Part shown: positions 26,365 through 34,935 of the stretch, in pieces
Numbering within the stretch: position 1 is the stretch's first letter
How the letters are laid out: every line of letters starts with the position of its first letter
Source of the DNA: Chitinophagaceae bacterium
GTDB lineage: Bacteria > Bacteroidota > Bacteroidia > Chitinophagales > Chitinophagaceae
Length of the DNA stretch: 43,106 nucleotides
Assembly: GCA_044867875.1 (NCBI GenBank)
Contig: JBIOVR010000373.1
Span: forward strand, 1 to 43,106
Direction of reading: 5' to 3'
Notes under the pieces: generated by a model
The model's input: the letters and a program-made list of their open reading frames with translations, nothing else
What the model was told of the DNA's origin: nothing
Databases searched by the model: none
Made by a program: the position numbers and the translations under genes

Positions 26365-27701
26365 GTCAACGCAATCCTGAAATATCAAAAGGAGTTGACT
26401 GGAGTCTTGTATGGCTATGGTTCCTGTTATCAGCAATTGGCGTCATGGCGATCTTTGGAGTGACGTATCATGACGGTGATAATGTCATACAAACATTTCT
26501 GAGATTTAAAACAGATTATAGCCGTCAGTTTTACTTTTTTGTTGTGTCGATAGTTATCGGCATGTTCATACTTCTTACTGACAGTAAATTTTTTCCGGCC
26601 ACTGCTAATCTTTGGTATGCCGCAGGTATATTTTTGATCCTTCTGGTTTTTCCATTGGGGTCAAGCGTAAAAGGAACGCAATCTATTATTAAAGTTGGCG
26701 GCAGCTTTCAATTTCAACCTGCTGAGTTTTGTAAAATTTGTGTTTGTCTTGCTTTGGCAAAATATCTTTCAAGACCTGAAACTGATTTCAGGCGAACACA
26801 ATCACAGATTATAGCAGCGGGAATTGCTTTATTGCCAGCCGTCTTTAGCATCATGCAAAGCGAAACAGGTTTGGCGTTAGTTTATCTTTCATTTTTTATT
26901 GTTATGTATCGTGAAGGGTTGCCATCCGCTGTTCTTATAATTGGATTTTCAGCGGGGACATTAGTTGTAGCAACATTACTTGTTGAAAAAAACGTACTCG
27001 CAATTATTCTCCTGGCCGTAACAGTGTTTATTATTTTTATTATGCGACGCCAGGTAAAAAGAAACAGGTCTCTGCTTGTCAATATTATTCTTATCGGATT
27101 ATTATGTATAGGTATCCAACGGTTTGGGGTTCCTTTCGCCTTCAAACATATTTTGAAAGAACACCAGGTTGAAAGGATTTTCAGCACTATTGGTAAGGAT
27201 ATTCCGAATGAATATAAAAAAGCACATAGGAGCGATGAAGCAAAAGCACTGGGTAAGAAGGATGTAGATTATAATGTAAAGCAATCAAAGATCGCTATTG
27301 GTAGTGGAGGCTTTTCTGGTAAAGGGTTGCTTAAAGGCACACAAACACGTTTTGATTTTGTACCCGAACAAAGAACTGACTTTATCTTTTGTACAATTGG
27401 TGAAGGTTTTGGATTTATAGGCAGTTTAGTTTTATTAGGTCTTTATCTCGTTTTATTATTTCGAATAATAACAGTTGCAGAACGACAGCGAAGTGTATTC
27501 AGCAGGTGTTATGCTTATGGCGTAGGAGCAGTTTTCTTTTTTCATATTGTCATCAACCTTGCGATGACAATTGGTCTTGCGCCGGTTATTGGTATACCTC
27601 TTCCTTTCGTTAGCTATGGAGGCACTTCTTTACTTACAAACACAATTCTTTTGTTTATTCTTATACGGTTGGATGCCGACCGGCAAATGGTTTTACGCTA
27701 A
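26361..27701 (+). CDS. rodA: Peptidoglycan glycosyltransferase RodA (SEDS family)
   Basis: Overlaps the mrdA stop by 4 nt. SEDS motifs are QPAEFCKI, IGSGGFSGKGLLKGTQT, VPEQRTDFIF and PLPFVSYGGTS. Confidence 0.95.
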   Translation: MSQRNPEISKGVDWSLVWLWFLLSAIGVMAIFGVTYHDGDNVIQTFLRFKTDYSRQFYFFVVSIVIGMFILLTDSKFFPATANLWYAAGIFLILLVFPLGSSVKGTQSIIKVGGSFQFQPAEFCKICVCLALAKYLSRPETDFRRTQSQIIAAGIALLPAVFSIMQSETGLALVYLSFFIVMYREGLPSAVLIIGFSAGTLVVATLLVEKNVLAIILLAVTVFIIFIMRRQVKRNRSLLVNIILIGLLCIGIQRFGVPFAFKHILKEHQVERIFSTIGKDIPNEYKKAHRSDEAKALGKKDVDYNVKQSKIAIGSGGFSGKGLLKGTQTRFDFVPEQRTDFIFCTIGEGFGFIGSLVLLGLYLVLLFRIITVAERQRSVFSRCYAYGVGAVFFFHIVINLAMTIGLAPVIGIPLPFVSYGGTSLLTNTILLFILIRLDADRQMVLR

Positions 27702-27728
27702 TTACAGTAATTAGCTGAAATTCGTTTC

Positions 27729-28463
27729 ATGAAAATAATTCCTTTAAGTGAAGGCACATTTACGATCGATAAAACAAAGCTCTTTGTTCCCTTTGATGAA
27801 GATGTTCACGATCTGCAACAAAGACCTGTCGGAAGTTTATTAGTGGAAATTCAGCCATTCATTATCATAACTTCAAAAGATATTCTATTGCTTGATACCG
27901 GACTTGGTTTTGAAAAAGATGGTAGACTTCAAATACATCGAAACCTTGCTGAAGCAGGCATTAACCCATCAGATATTACAAAAGTTTTATTAAGCCATTT
28001 ACATAAAGATCATGCGGGGGGAGTTTCTTTTGGAACAAACCACGAAGAATTAAGTTTCCCTAATGCTCTGTTTTATCTGCAAGAAAAAGAATTGAGTTTT
28101 GCTTTTGAAAAAGGATTTCCTTCATTTATTACTGAAGAATTAGAAGTATTAAAAAGATCGAAGCGAGTCGTTTTATTAAAAGATGATGGAGGAACAATTG
28201 ATGAGTATATACATTATAAAGTAACCGGTGCTCATTCGCTGTACCACCAGGTTTTCTGGAACAAAGAAAATGATAAAGTAATATTTTTTGGTGGTGATGA
28301 TGCTCCCCAACTTCAGCAGATGAAACATCGCTTTGTAGCGAAATATGATCATGATGGAAAGAAAGCAATGGAATTACGAAGAAGTTGGTGGGAACAAGGG
28401 CAACAGGAAAAGTGGATATTCTTATTTTATCACGATGTAAAAAATCCTGTGATTGAATTTTAG
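27729..28463 (+). CDS. MBL-fold metallo-hydrolase
   Basis: 244 aa with the HxHxDH motif SHLHKDHAGG and downstream His/Asp ligand positions (TGAHS, GGDD, YHD). Confidence 0.8.
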   Translation: MKIIPLSEGTFTIDKTKLFVPFDEDVHDLQQRPVGSLLVEIQPFIIITSKDILLLDTGLGFEKDGRLQIHRNLAEAGINPSDITKVLLSHLHKDHAGGVSFGTNHEELSFPNALFYLQEKELSFAFEKGFPSFITEELEVLKRSKRVVLLKDDGGTIDEYIHYKVTGAHSLYHQVFWNKENDKVIFFGGDDAPQLQQMKHRFVAKYDHDGKKAMELRRSWWEQGQQEKWIFLFYHDVKNPVIEF

Positions 28464-28511
28464 ATTAGTTGAAGATATAATTTATACGATTCGAAATCAT
28501 AAATCTGCAAT

Positions 28512-28546
28512 AAAAAAAAGGCCGTTCCGAAAATTGGAATGGCCGT
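28512..28546 (-). terminator. Probable terminator of the ECF sigma operon
   Basis: 9-bp stem ggccgttcc (28520-28528) / ggaatggcc (28536-28544) with one non-Watson-Crick pair. The A8 run at 28512-28519 gives a U-tract only for minus-strand transcripts. Confidence 0.5.
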
Positions 28547-28578
28547 TGCTAATCTATGAAAAACACCGAGATCAAATT

Positions 28579-28995
28579 CTATTGTAATAAGGTTTGAATA
28601 CCTTTTTTAGGTATGTCAGCCCTTCGGGCCCTTATCTGTTCCTCTCTCATCTTTGTGATTTCATGAACAAAAACGTCTTGCTGTTTGTAAACATCATTGC
28701 TTCTTTTTTCGCCAACAATGTCACGAAACTCGGTGCGGTAACGAAGTCTTAATTCAATAATTCTCTGTTGGCGAACAAGACCATCATTTCTGTTTTCTTG
28801 CAATGTTTGTTTCCATTCTCTGAAGTAACGGATAAAAACGGGTGTAAATCTTTCGGCCTCATTTCGGGTAAGATCAAGTCTCTTCTGGATAAACTCTGTC
28901 ATTTTATCCCTGATTTTATCATGTTCATCGCTTTGGGCTTTTGAAGAAAAGCCAGTCAACAATGCAAAGGTTAATATGAATAGAAAGTTTTTCAT
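28579..28995 (-). CDS. Secreted Arg/Glu-rich helical protein (possibly Spy/CpxP-like), third gene of the ECF operon
   Basis: 138 aa with signal peptide MKNFLFILTFALLTGFSSKAQ. The mature part is highly charged and helical, and LDLTRNEAERF resembles LTxxQ-type motifs. Its ATG shares one base with the upstream stop (TAATG). Confidence 0.5.
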   Translation of the reverse strand: MKNFLFILTFALLTGFSSKAQSDEHDKIRDKMTEFIQKRLDLTRNEAERFTPVFIRYFREWKQTLQENRNDGLVRQQRIIELRLRYRTEFRDIVGEKRSNDVYKQQDVFVHEITKMREEQIRARRADIPKKGIQTLLQ

Positions 28996-29771
28996 TAATC
29001 ATTCATTGATCCATCTTTGTCAGCATTTGATTCCAAAGCTATAGCATCGTTTAAAAAGTCTTCTATCTCTTTTTCAGGAACGTCTTTCATTAATTCTTTT
29101 ATCTCGGCAAGCTTTACATCATCTTTTTCAGAAGTAACATTGATCGACTCGCCTTCAGCTAATTTTACAAATTCATCTAAATTATTTTTATTTACTTTTT
29201 TATCAACGTTCTTTTCGATCCATGCCTGTGGATTTTTATTCGGATCAACCTGTTTCGATTTGAATATAGCCAAACCACTAATTGCAACTATTCCAATTAT
29301 AACTGCGGCAACCGCTAAGCGATACCATCTGCGTTTTGTTATTGAAATTACTTTTGTTTCTTTCTTCTCAACTCCAGTTTCAAGTTTTTCAAAATATCCT
29401 GCAGGTATAGAATAAGGATTTTTATTCTTTAAACTGCTAAGTAATGGTGATAAAGTTTCGATCTCTTCTTTGCTTGTCTGGTGATCTTTATGCTCACTTA
29501 TTTTTTTCAAAACATCTTCACTCAGATCCTGAAAAAAACCGGCAGGAACTGAATAAGGCATTTCTTTAGAAATGTTGCTAAGGAAAGGAGATAGATATGA
29601 TAACTCGTCTTTAGCATTACTAGCTTCCAAAGCTTTTATACGATTCAGGATTTGATCAGCCAAACCTTCAAAATAACCTGCAGGCACGGCATAGAAGTTT
29701 TGAGGATCGTGATTTGCTAACACACTCCCCAAATTCCCTAATTCATTCAATATGGTATTCCTGTTTGTCAT
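28995..29771 (-). CDS. Single-pass membrane protein with three tandem N-terminal repeats (putative non-canonical anti-sigma factor)
   Basis: 258 aa, 34 nt downstream of the ECF sigma gene. The repeats are YAVPAGYFEGL, YSVPAGFFQDL and YSIPAGYFEKL. The TM is RRWYRLAVAAVIIGIVAISGLAIF and the C-terminal domain is acidic. No HxxxCxxC zinc-finger anti-sigma motif is present. Confidence 0.5.
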   Translation of the reverse strand: MTNRNTILNELGNLGSVLANHDPQNFYAVPAGYFEGLADQILNRIKALEASNAKDELSYLSPFLSNISKEMPYSVPAGFFQDLSEDVLKKISEHKDHQTSKEEIETLSPLLSSLKNKNPYSIPAGYFEKLETGVEKKETKVISITKRRWYRLAVAAVIIGIVAISGLAIFKSKQVDPNKNPQAWIEKNVDKKVNKNNLDEFVKLAEGESINVTSEKDDVKLAEIKELMKDVPEKEIEDFLNDAIALESNADKDGSMND

Positions 29772-29805
29772 TACCGCAATTAAGACGGCTTTTGGCCTTG
29801 TAAGT

Positions 29806-30360
29806 TTAATGATTCTTAATGTATTCCTCTATTTTTTTAACCGCGTGGTGATAGCTGGCTTTTAAAGCTCCCTCGCTGGTTTCCAACACTCTACTCATTT
29901 CTTCATAAGGCATTTCATCATAATACCTTAGCTGAAAGACAATTCTCTGCTTTTCAGGAAGTTGCTGTATGCCTAGTTGAAGTTTCCACTCCAGTTTATT
30001 ACCGTCAAAATTCTGATCCGCTTTTATCTTATTTTCCAGCCCACTTTCTACATCGCTTAGTGACACCGATGACCTTTTCTTTTGCTGCTCCAGGAAAGTT
30101 AAACATTCGTTGGTAGCCACCCTGTAAAGCCAGGTATAAAGCTGGCTGTCTTCACGGAAATTCTCAAGCCCGTTCCAAACTCTTATCATTACGTTTTGTA
30201 GTACATCATTTGCATCATCATGATCAACCACCATGCAACGCAAATGCCAATATAATTTTTCCTGGTATTTTTTAATGAGGTATGTAAACGCCTTTTCTTT
30301 TGTAACCGGGTTACGGAATTCTACGAGCAATTCACTATCGCTTAAGGTTGTCAGGGCCAT
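29806..30360 (-). CDS. ECF-type RNA polymerase sigma-70 family factor
   Basis: 184 aa. Region 2 reads DVLQNVMIRVWNGLENFREDSQLYTWLYRVATNECLTFL. Region 4 reads LRYYDEMPYEEMSRVLETSEGALKASYHHAVKKIEEYI. Confidence 0.85.
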   Translation of the reverse strand: MALTTLSDSELLVEFRNPVTKEKAFTYLIKKYQEKLYWHLRCMVVDHDDANDVLQNVMIRVWNGLENFREDSQLYTWLYRVATNECLTFLEQQKKRSSVSLSDVESGLENKIKADQNFDGNKLEWKLQLGIQQLPEKQRIVFQLRYYDEMPYEEMSRVLETSEGALKASYHHAVKKIEEYIKNH

Positions 30361-30480
30361 TGGTTCGGTCTTTAATCAGGTTTAGAATATTGGAATACGG
30401 AAGCGTTTAACCTGTTCAACAATATAAAAATATAATTTTTTATTTTGTTATACCAGCTTTAGTTTTTCATAGCATCGCCT

Positions 30481-30617
30481 GTTGCGACGCACAACCTGCA
30501 CAGAGCGAAGCGAAGTGTTCATCTTTAGTAATTCTATGAAGCAATAGTGTCGCAGTTTACCCAGAGCGAAACGAAGGGTCGCAATCACTTTATCGTTCAA
30601 TAATTCTATTGGACAAT
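30481..30617. repeat. Two consecutive degenerate units of the modular intergenic repeat family
   Basis: Core gttgcgacgcac lies at 30481-30492. The CAGAGCG modules are cagagcgaagcgaagtgt (30501-30518) and cagagcgaaacgaagggt (30562-30579). The AATTCTAT modules are aattctatgaagcaat (30530-30545) and aattctattggacaat (30602-30617). Confidence 0.8.
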
Positions 30618-30646
30618 AAAAAACCGTCGCCTTCGAAGCAACGGTT
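30617..30646 (-). terminator. Rho-independent terminator downstream of the transketolase C-terminal subunit gene
   Basis: Stem aaccgtcgc (30622-30630) / gcaacggtt (30638-30646). The single odd pair is a G.U only on the minus-strand RNA. The A-run at 30617-30623 gives a U-tract on the minus strand. Confidence 0.65.
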
Positions 30647-30668
30647 AAGCATAGGAATATTTTTGAAG

Positions 30669-31622
30669 TTATTTTTTTGCCATCACTTTTTCAGCAGCTG
30701 CAACTATATCCGGAACGTCTAATCCATATTTCTTTAATAATTGTGCAGGAGTTCCACTTTCTCCAAATGTATCTTTTGTTCCCACATATTCGATCGGCAC
30801 TGGAAAATTCTTTGCTGCACACTGTGCAATTGCATCACCTAATCCACCAATGATATTATGTTCTTCAGCAGTTACAGCACATTTTGTTTTACGAATTGAA
30901 TTGACAACCGCAGCTTCATCAAGCGGTTTTATTGTATGAATATTTATTACTTCAACACTGATGCCTTTCTCTTGTAACATAACACCGGCTTGTATTGCAT
31001 TCCAAACGAGATGACCACAAGCAAAAATTGAAACATCAGTTCCTTCAGAAAATATTTGTGCTTTACCGATCTTAAAATCCTCTTGCTTCGTAAATATTGG
31101 CCAAACAGGTCTTCCAAATCGTAAATAAACAGGCCCTACATAATCGGCGATCGCCAATGTTGCAGCTTTGGTTTGATTATAATCACAGGGAACGATCACA
31201 GTCATCCCCGGTAACATTTTCATCAAACCAATATCTTCAAGTATCTGGTGTGTTGCGCCGTCTTCTCCTAAAGTAACTCCGGCATGCGAGGCACATATTT
31301 TTACATTCTTACCCGAGTATGCAATTGACTGGCGGATTTGATCATACACACGACCAGTTGAAAAATTTGCAAACGTAGTTGTGTATGGAATTTTTCCACC
31401 TATCGTTAATCCTGCTGCAATCCCCATCATGTTTGCTTCAGCAATACCACATTGAAAAAATCTATCAGGAAATTCTTTAATAAATTGATTCAATTTTAAT
31501 GAGCCGGCAAGATCTGCAGTAAGTGCAACGATATTCGAATTTTTTCTTGCAGCTTCAACAATACCATCACCAAAGCCACTGCGTGTATCTTTATTACCAG
31601 TTGATAGAATTTCTTTAAGCAT
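30669..31622 (-). CDS. Transketolase family protein, C-terminal (pyrimidine-binding plus C-terminal domain) subunit
   Basis: 317 aa when started at Met 31622 (MLKEILSTGNKDTRSGFGDGIVEAARKN). Also FQCGIAEANMMGIAAGL and EDGATHQ. There is no thiamine-diphosphate-binding N-terminal half in this ORF or in the adjacent genes. Confidence 0.9.
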   Translation of the reverse strand: MLKEILSTGNKDTRSGFGDGIVEAARKNSNIVALTADLAGSLKLNQFIKEFPDRFFQCGIAEANMMGIAAGLTIGGKIPYTTTFANFSTGRVYDQIRQSIAYSGKNVKICASHAGVTLGEDGATHQILEDIGLMKMLPGMTVIVPCDYNQTKAATLAIADYVGPVYLRFGRPVWPIFTKQEDFKIGKAQIFSEGTDVSIFACGHLVWNAIQAGVMLQEKGISVEVINIHTIKPLDEAAVVNSIRKTKCAVTAEEHNIIGGLGDAIAQCAAKNFPVPIEYVGTKDTFGESGTPAQLLKKYGLDVPDIVAAAEKVMAKK

Positions 31623-31703
31623 GTTTGATTTTTGTTCCAGTACTTCCATAATTAATAAAATAGGTTGGGGCAAAAGTAAGGGTTGCGTTGAAATTGCCGG
31701 TTG

Positions 31704-32762
31704 TCAATTCAATTCTCCGGGTTTGCCTGCAAATACTGTTTCATCAGCCTTAAGGCGTTGCTCCCATTTCCAGGCTGTAGCTACCATATCATCGAGACTA
31801 TATTTTAATTCCCAGCCCAGCGAATTTTTAGCAAGATCATTGCTTGCGTAAATTGATATTACATCTCCCGGCCTTCTTGGCCCAATCGTATAATTTAGTT
31901 TAATATCGTTTACTCTTTCAAATGCTTTGATTGCTTCTAACACAGTTACACCATTCCCTGACCCCAGGTTAAATACTTCGCACTGAGATTTATTTTTTCC
32001 TTCAGCTATATAATCCAATGCCAAAGTATGGGCATGAGCGATATCGCACACATGAATAAAATCTCTTACACAACTTCCATCACGTGTTGGATAATCGCTA
32101 CCATAAACGATCATGCCGGGCAATTTTCCAATTGCTGTTTGAGTAATTGCCGGGAAAAGATTTTGTGGTTTACCCACGGGCATTTCACCAATGATCGCTG
32201 AAGGATGTGCACCAACAGGATTGAAATATCTCAATAAAATGCATTTAGTAACTGCTGCACTTTTTGCAAACTCATTTACAATTTGCTCACCCATTTGTTT
32301 TGTATAACCATAAGGGGATTCCGCAGGTTTGGGTAATGTAGCCTCAGTAACAGGACTGCTATCGGGTGTGCCATAAACTGTACATGATGATGAAAAAACA
32401 AACCAGGGGATCTCAAAATCCTGTACGCATTTTAAAAGATTTATCAGCGAGTATAGATTATTTTCAAAATACATAAGAGGCTGCTCCACAGATTCACCTA
32501 CCGCCTTATATGCAGCAAAATGAATAACGCCTCTTATATCAGTATTTTCCTGGAAGATGGCAAATGTGTCATCAAAATTGCAAAGATCAACTTTATAATT
32601 TTTTATTGTTTGCCCCGTGATCTTTTCCACTCTTTCGAGCATGCTGGCATGTGATCTTGAATTATTATCAACTGAAATAACATCATAGCCATTCTCAATC
32701 AGATCGACTAGGGTATGAGAGCCAATATATCCGCAACCGCCTGTAACAAGGATCTTCACCAT
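31704..32762 (-). CDS. galE: UDP-glucose 4-epimerase
   Basis: Rossmann motif MVKILVTGGCGYIGSH, catalytic YxxxK in SPYGYTKQMGE, plus LRYFNPVGAH and DYPTRDGSCVRDFIHV. Confidence 0.95.
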   Translation of the reverse strand: MVKILVTGGCGYIGSHTLVDLIENGYDVISVDNNSRSHASMLERVEKITGQTIKNYKVDLCNFDDTFAIFQENTDIRGVIHFAAYKAVGESVEQPLMYFENNLYSLINLLKCVQDFEIPWFVFSSSCTVYGTPDSSPVTEATLPKPAESPYGYTKQMGEQIVNEFAKSAAVTKCILLRYFNPVGAHPSAIIGEMPVGKPQNLFPAITQTAIGKLPGMIVYGSDYPTRDGSCVRDFIHVCDIAHAHTLALDYIAEGKNKSQCEVFNLGSGNGVTVLEAIKAFERVNDIKLNYTIGPRRPGDVISIYASNDLAKNSLGWELKYSLDDMVATAWKWEQRLKADETVFAGKPGELN

Positions 32763-32811
32763 GAATAAAAATGTTTATCATGCAAAAATCGGAAAAAGAG
32801 AAGAGATAAGC

Positions 32812-34020
32812 TTAGAAAAAAAGTTTAACTATAGAATAAACACCTGCTGCAAGTAAGCCACTTACAGGTATAGTTAAGACCCATGCCCAGAGAAGATTGA
32901 CTGTTACACCCCAACGTACAGCGGATAAACGTTTTGTAGCGCCAACTCCCATGATCGCACCGGTAATTGTATGTGTCGTACTAACAGGAATTTTTAATGC
33001 TTCTGTAACAAACAATGTAATTGCACCTGCAGTTTCAGCAGCCACTCCTTCAAATGGTGTTACTTTGGTGATTTTTGTACCCATTGTTTTTACAATTTTC
33101 CATCCGCCACTCATAGTGCCAATGCCAATAGCAGCATAACAAGCCATCGGTACCCAAACAGGCATGTGCTTAAAATCAGGTATTGTCCCACCTGCAATCA
33201 ATGCGGCAGTAATAATCCCCATTACTTTTTGGGCATCATTACCTCCATGACCAATACTAAAAGCGGCTGATGACACAAGTTGCAATCTTCTAAACCATTG
33301 ATTAGATCTGTTAGCATTTAACGTATTTAAGTAGAACGTAAAGACAGCCATAATGACTATAATAAATGCTAATAATATCCACTTAAAGTTTTTTGAGTAA
33401 AAGATCACCTTCATTAGATAGGATTCATAATGCGTAGTCAACTTGGCAGCATCAAACTCCATGTTTTCATAAAGAAAAAGACCTACTAATAGTATGATCA
33501 CAATTGATATAAGTTTAGGAATATGACCTTTTCTAAATGAATTTAAAAACCATAAAGAGATTATTAAAGCCATTATCATTCCTACAACAGGTGCCAGGAA
33601 AATAAAACTTGCTGTTTTTAAAATTATGGCGCTGTTAATTGTATCAAATCCTCCGTGAGCAATTGCCGCTCCTGCAAATCCACCGATCAAAGTGTGTGAA
33701 GATGAAGATGGAATACCAAACCACCAGGTTAATAAATTCCATGAAATAGCAGCGATCAGCCCTGAGAAGATCACCACCATCATATTATCCTGCGTGATCA
33801 TATTGCTATGCACTGTTTTAGCTACAGTATCGGCTACGCCATGATCCTTAAAAATAAAAAAGGCCACAGAGTTAAACAAAGCGGCCCATAGAACTGCCTG
33901 GAAAGGCGTCAACACCTTGGTAGATACAATAGTCGCTATTGAATTGGCGGCATCATGAAAGCCATTAATAAAATCAAAGATCAATGCCAGTGCTATGATA
34001 ACTATCAAAAAGGTGGTCAT
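32812..34020 (-). CDS. Inorganic phosphate transporter, PiT family
   Basis: 402 aa. The two PHO4-type repeats are NGFHDAANSIAT and GHGGNDAQKVMG. It is polytopic and lies downstream of a DUF47 gene, as in the known PiT/PhoU-like pairs. Confidence 0.9.
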   Translation of the reverse strand: MTTFLIVIIALALIFDFINGFHDAANSIATIVSTKVLTPFQAVLWAALFNSVAFFIFKDHGVADTVAKTVHSNMITQDNMMVVIFSGLIAAISWNLLTWWFGIPSSSSHTLIGGFAGAAIAHGGFDTINSAIILKTASFIFLAPVVGMIMALIISLWFLNSFRKGHIPKLISIVIILLVGLFLYENMEFDAAKLTTHYESYLMKVIFYSKNFKWILLAFIIVIMAVFTFYLNTLNANRSNQWFRRLQLVSSAAFSIGHGGNDAQKVMGIITAALIAGGTIPDFKHMPVWVPMACYAAIGIGTMSGGWKIVKTMGTKITKVTPFEGVAAETAGAITLFVTEALKIPVSTTHTITGAIMGVGATKRLSAVRWGVTVNLLWAWVLTIPVSGLLAAGVYSIVKLFF

Positions 34021-34103
34021 AGAAATTATTTAAAGATTTCAGGATTTCTAAATTTCAAGTAAGAAAAAACAGAAATTATAGAAACAAGAAATTTGGAGAT
34101 GAA

Positions 34104-34754
34104 TTAGGCGTATTTAATAATGATTGACTCAATTACATTCGCGGCATCTTCACATTTATCGGTGGCTATTTCCATCACAGTATATATCTCTCTTTTTTTG
34201 ATCACTTCTTTTGCATCGGGTTCAGTTTCAAATAAACGTTCAATACTCATGTCAAATACATCGTCTGCCTGGTTCTCAAGACTATTGATCTTGACAAGCG
34301 ATTCAGTCATTTGACGCAGATTTTTCATATCCCTGAGAGATGTGACTGCATTCTTAACCAGCGTAGCACTCTGATCGATGATCTCTGCCAATTTTTGTAT
34401 ACCCAGGTCATTAGGATTGACCTTATAAAAATTGATCTTTTTGGCAGCTGCATAAATCGTATCAGCAATATCATCAAGCGAAGTGGCGAGATAATGAATA
34501 TCCTCCCTGTCAAACGGAGTGATGAAATTTCTTCCTAACTCGGTAAAAATATTATGTGTTAGTTCATCATTGGCGTGTTCAAGATCTTCTATCTGGTTAA
34601 TGATCGCAGTCCTTTTGTCAAAGTCGGGCTCTGATACTAAGGCCCTGAGTTTATTTCCCATTAAAGCCGAGTTAGTGGCAACTTTTTCAAAAAGATCATA
34701 GAACACTTTGTTTTTAGGAACAAATATTTGCATTATTGAATTTAACCCTGCCAT
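34104..34754 (-). CDS. DUF47 family (PhoU-like, YkaA-type) protein
   Basis: 216 aa, all-helical, with FVPKNKVFYDLFEKVATN and TPFDREDIHYLATSLDDIADTI. It shows the classic pairing with a PiT transporter gene. Confidence 0.85.
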   Translation of the reverse strand: MAGLNSIMQIFVPKNKVFYDLFEKVATNSALMGNKLRALVSEPDFDKRTAIINQIEDLEHANDELTHNIFTELGRNFITPFDREDIHYLATSLDDIADTIYAAAKKINFYKVNPNDLGIQKLAEIIDQSATLVKNAVTSLRDMKNLRQMTESLVKINSLENQADDVFDMSIERLFETEPDAKEVIKKREIYTVMEIATDKCEDAANVIESIIIKYA

Positions 34755-34819
34755 AATAATTTTTTTATTGTTTACGAAGATACCCGGTCGGGTAAAGGTT
34801 GATCAATAAAAGACCAGAA

Positions 34820-34838
34820 TTAATATAAACTTAATATA
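34820..34838. promoter_or_regulatory. 11-bp-phased direct repeat TTAATATA-N3-TTAATATA in the divergent DUF47-pit / porin promoter region
   Basis: Exact 8-mers at 34820-34827 and 34831-34838. They are flanked by direct repeats AAAGACCAG (34808-34816, 34855-34863) and GGTAAC (34841-34846, 34863-34868). Function is not demonstrated. Confidence 0.25.
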
Positions 34839-34935
34839 GAGGTAACGATTTATTAAAGACCAGGTAACAGAAGATTATTAATGGTATTTTTAACTTGTGG
34901 CACTTTAATAACCAGTATTAAAAAATCATTACTTC

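Noticed and set aside
26065-27300. Lys-rich ~100-aa C-terminal tail of PBP2 and a ~50-aa charged insertion in RodA (KEHQVERIFSTIGKDIPNEYKKAHRSDEAKALGKKDVDYNVKQSK).
   Set aside because: Such extensions appear to be lineage-typical decorations of Bacteroidota elongasome proteins. All catalytic motifs are intact, so there is nothing to suggest a novel function from sequence alone.
27729-28463. The MBL-fold hydrolase as a sixth member of the mreBCD-mrdA-rodA operon (27-nt gap).
   Set aside because: Adjacency alone is weak evidence and no functional link is known. It is worth checking synteny, but I would not claim membership.
30481-30617. CRISPR-like array or tandem repeat locus.
   Set aside because: There are only two degenerate units with unequal internal spacing. 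There is no regular repeat-spacer periodicity and no cas genes, and the same modules are dispersed singly at other spacers.
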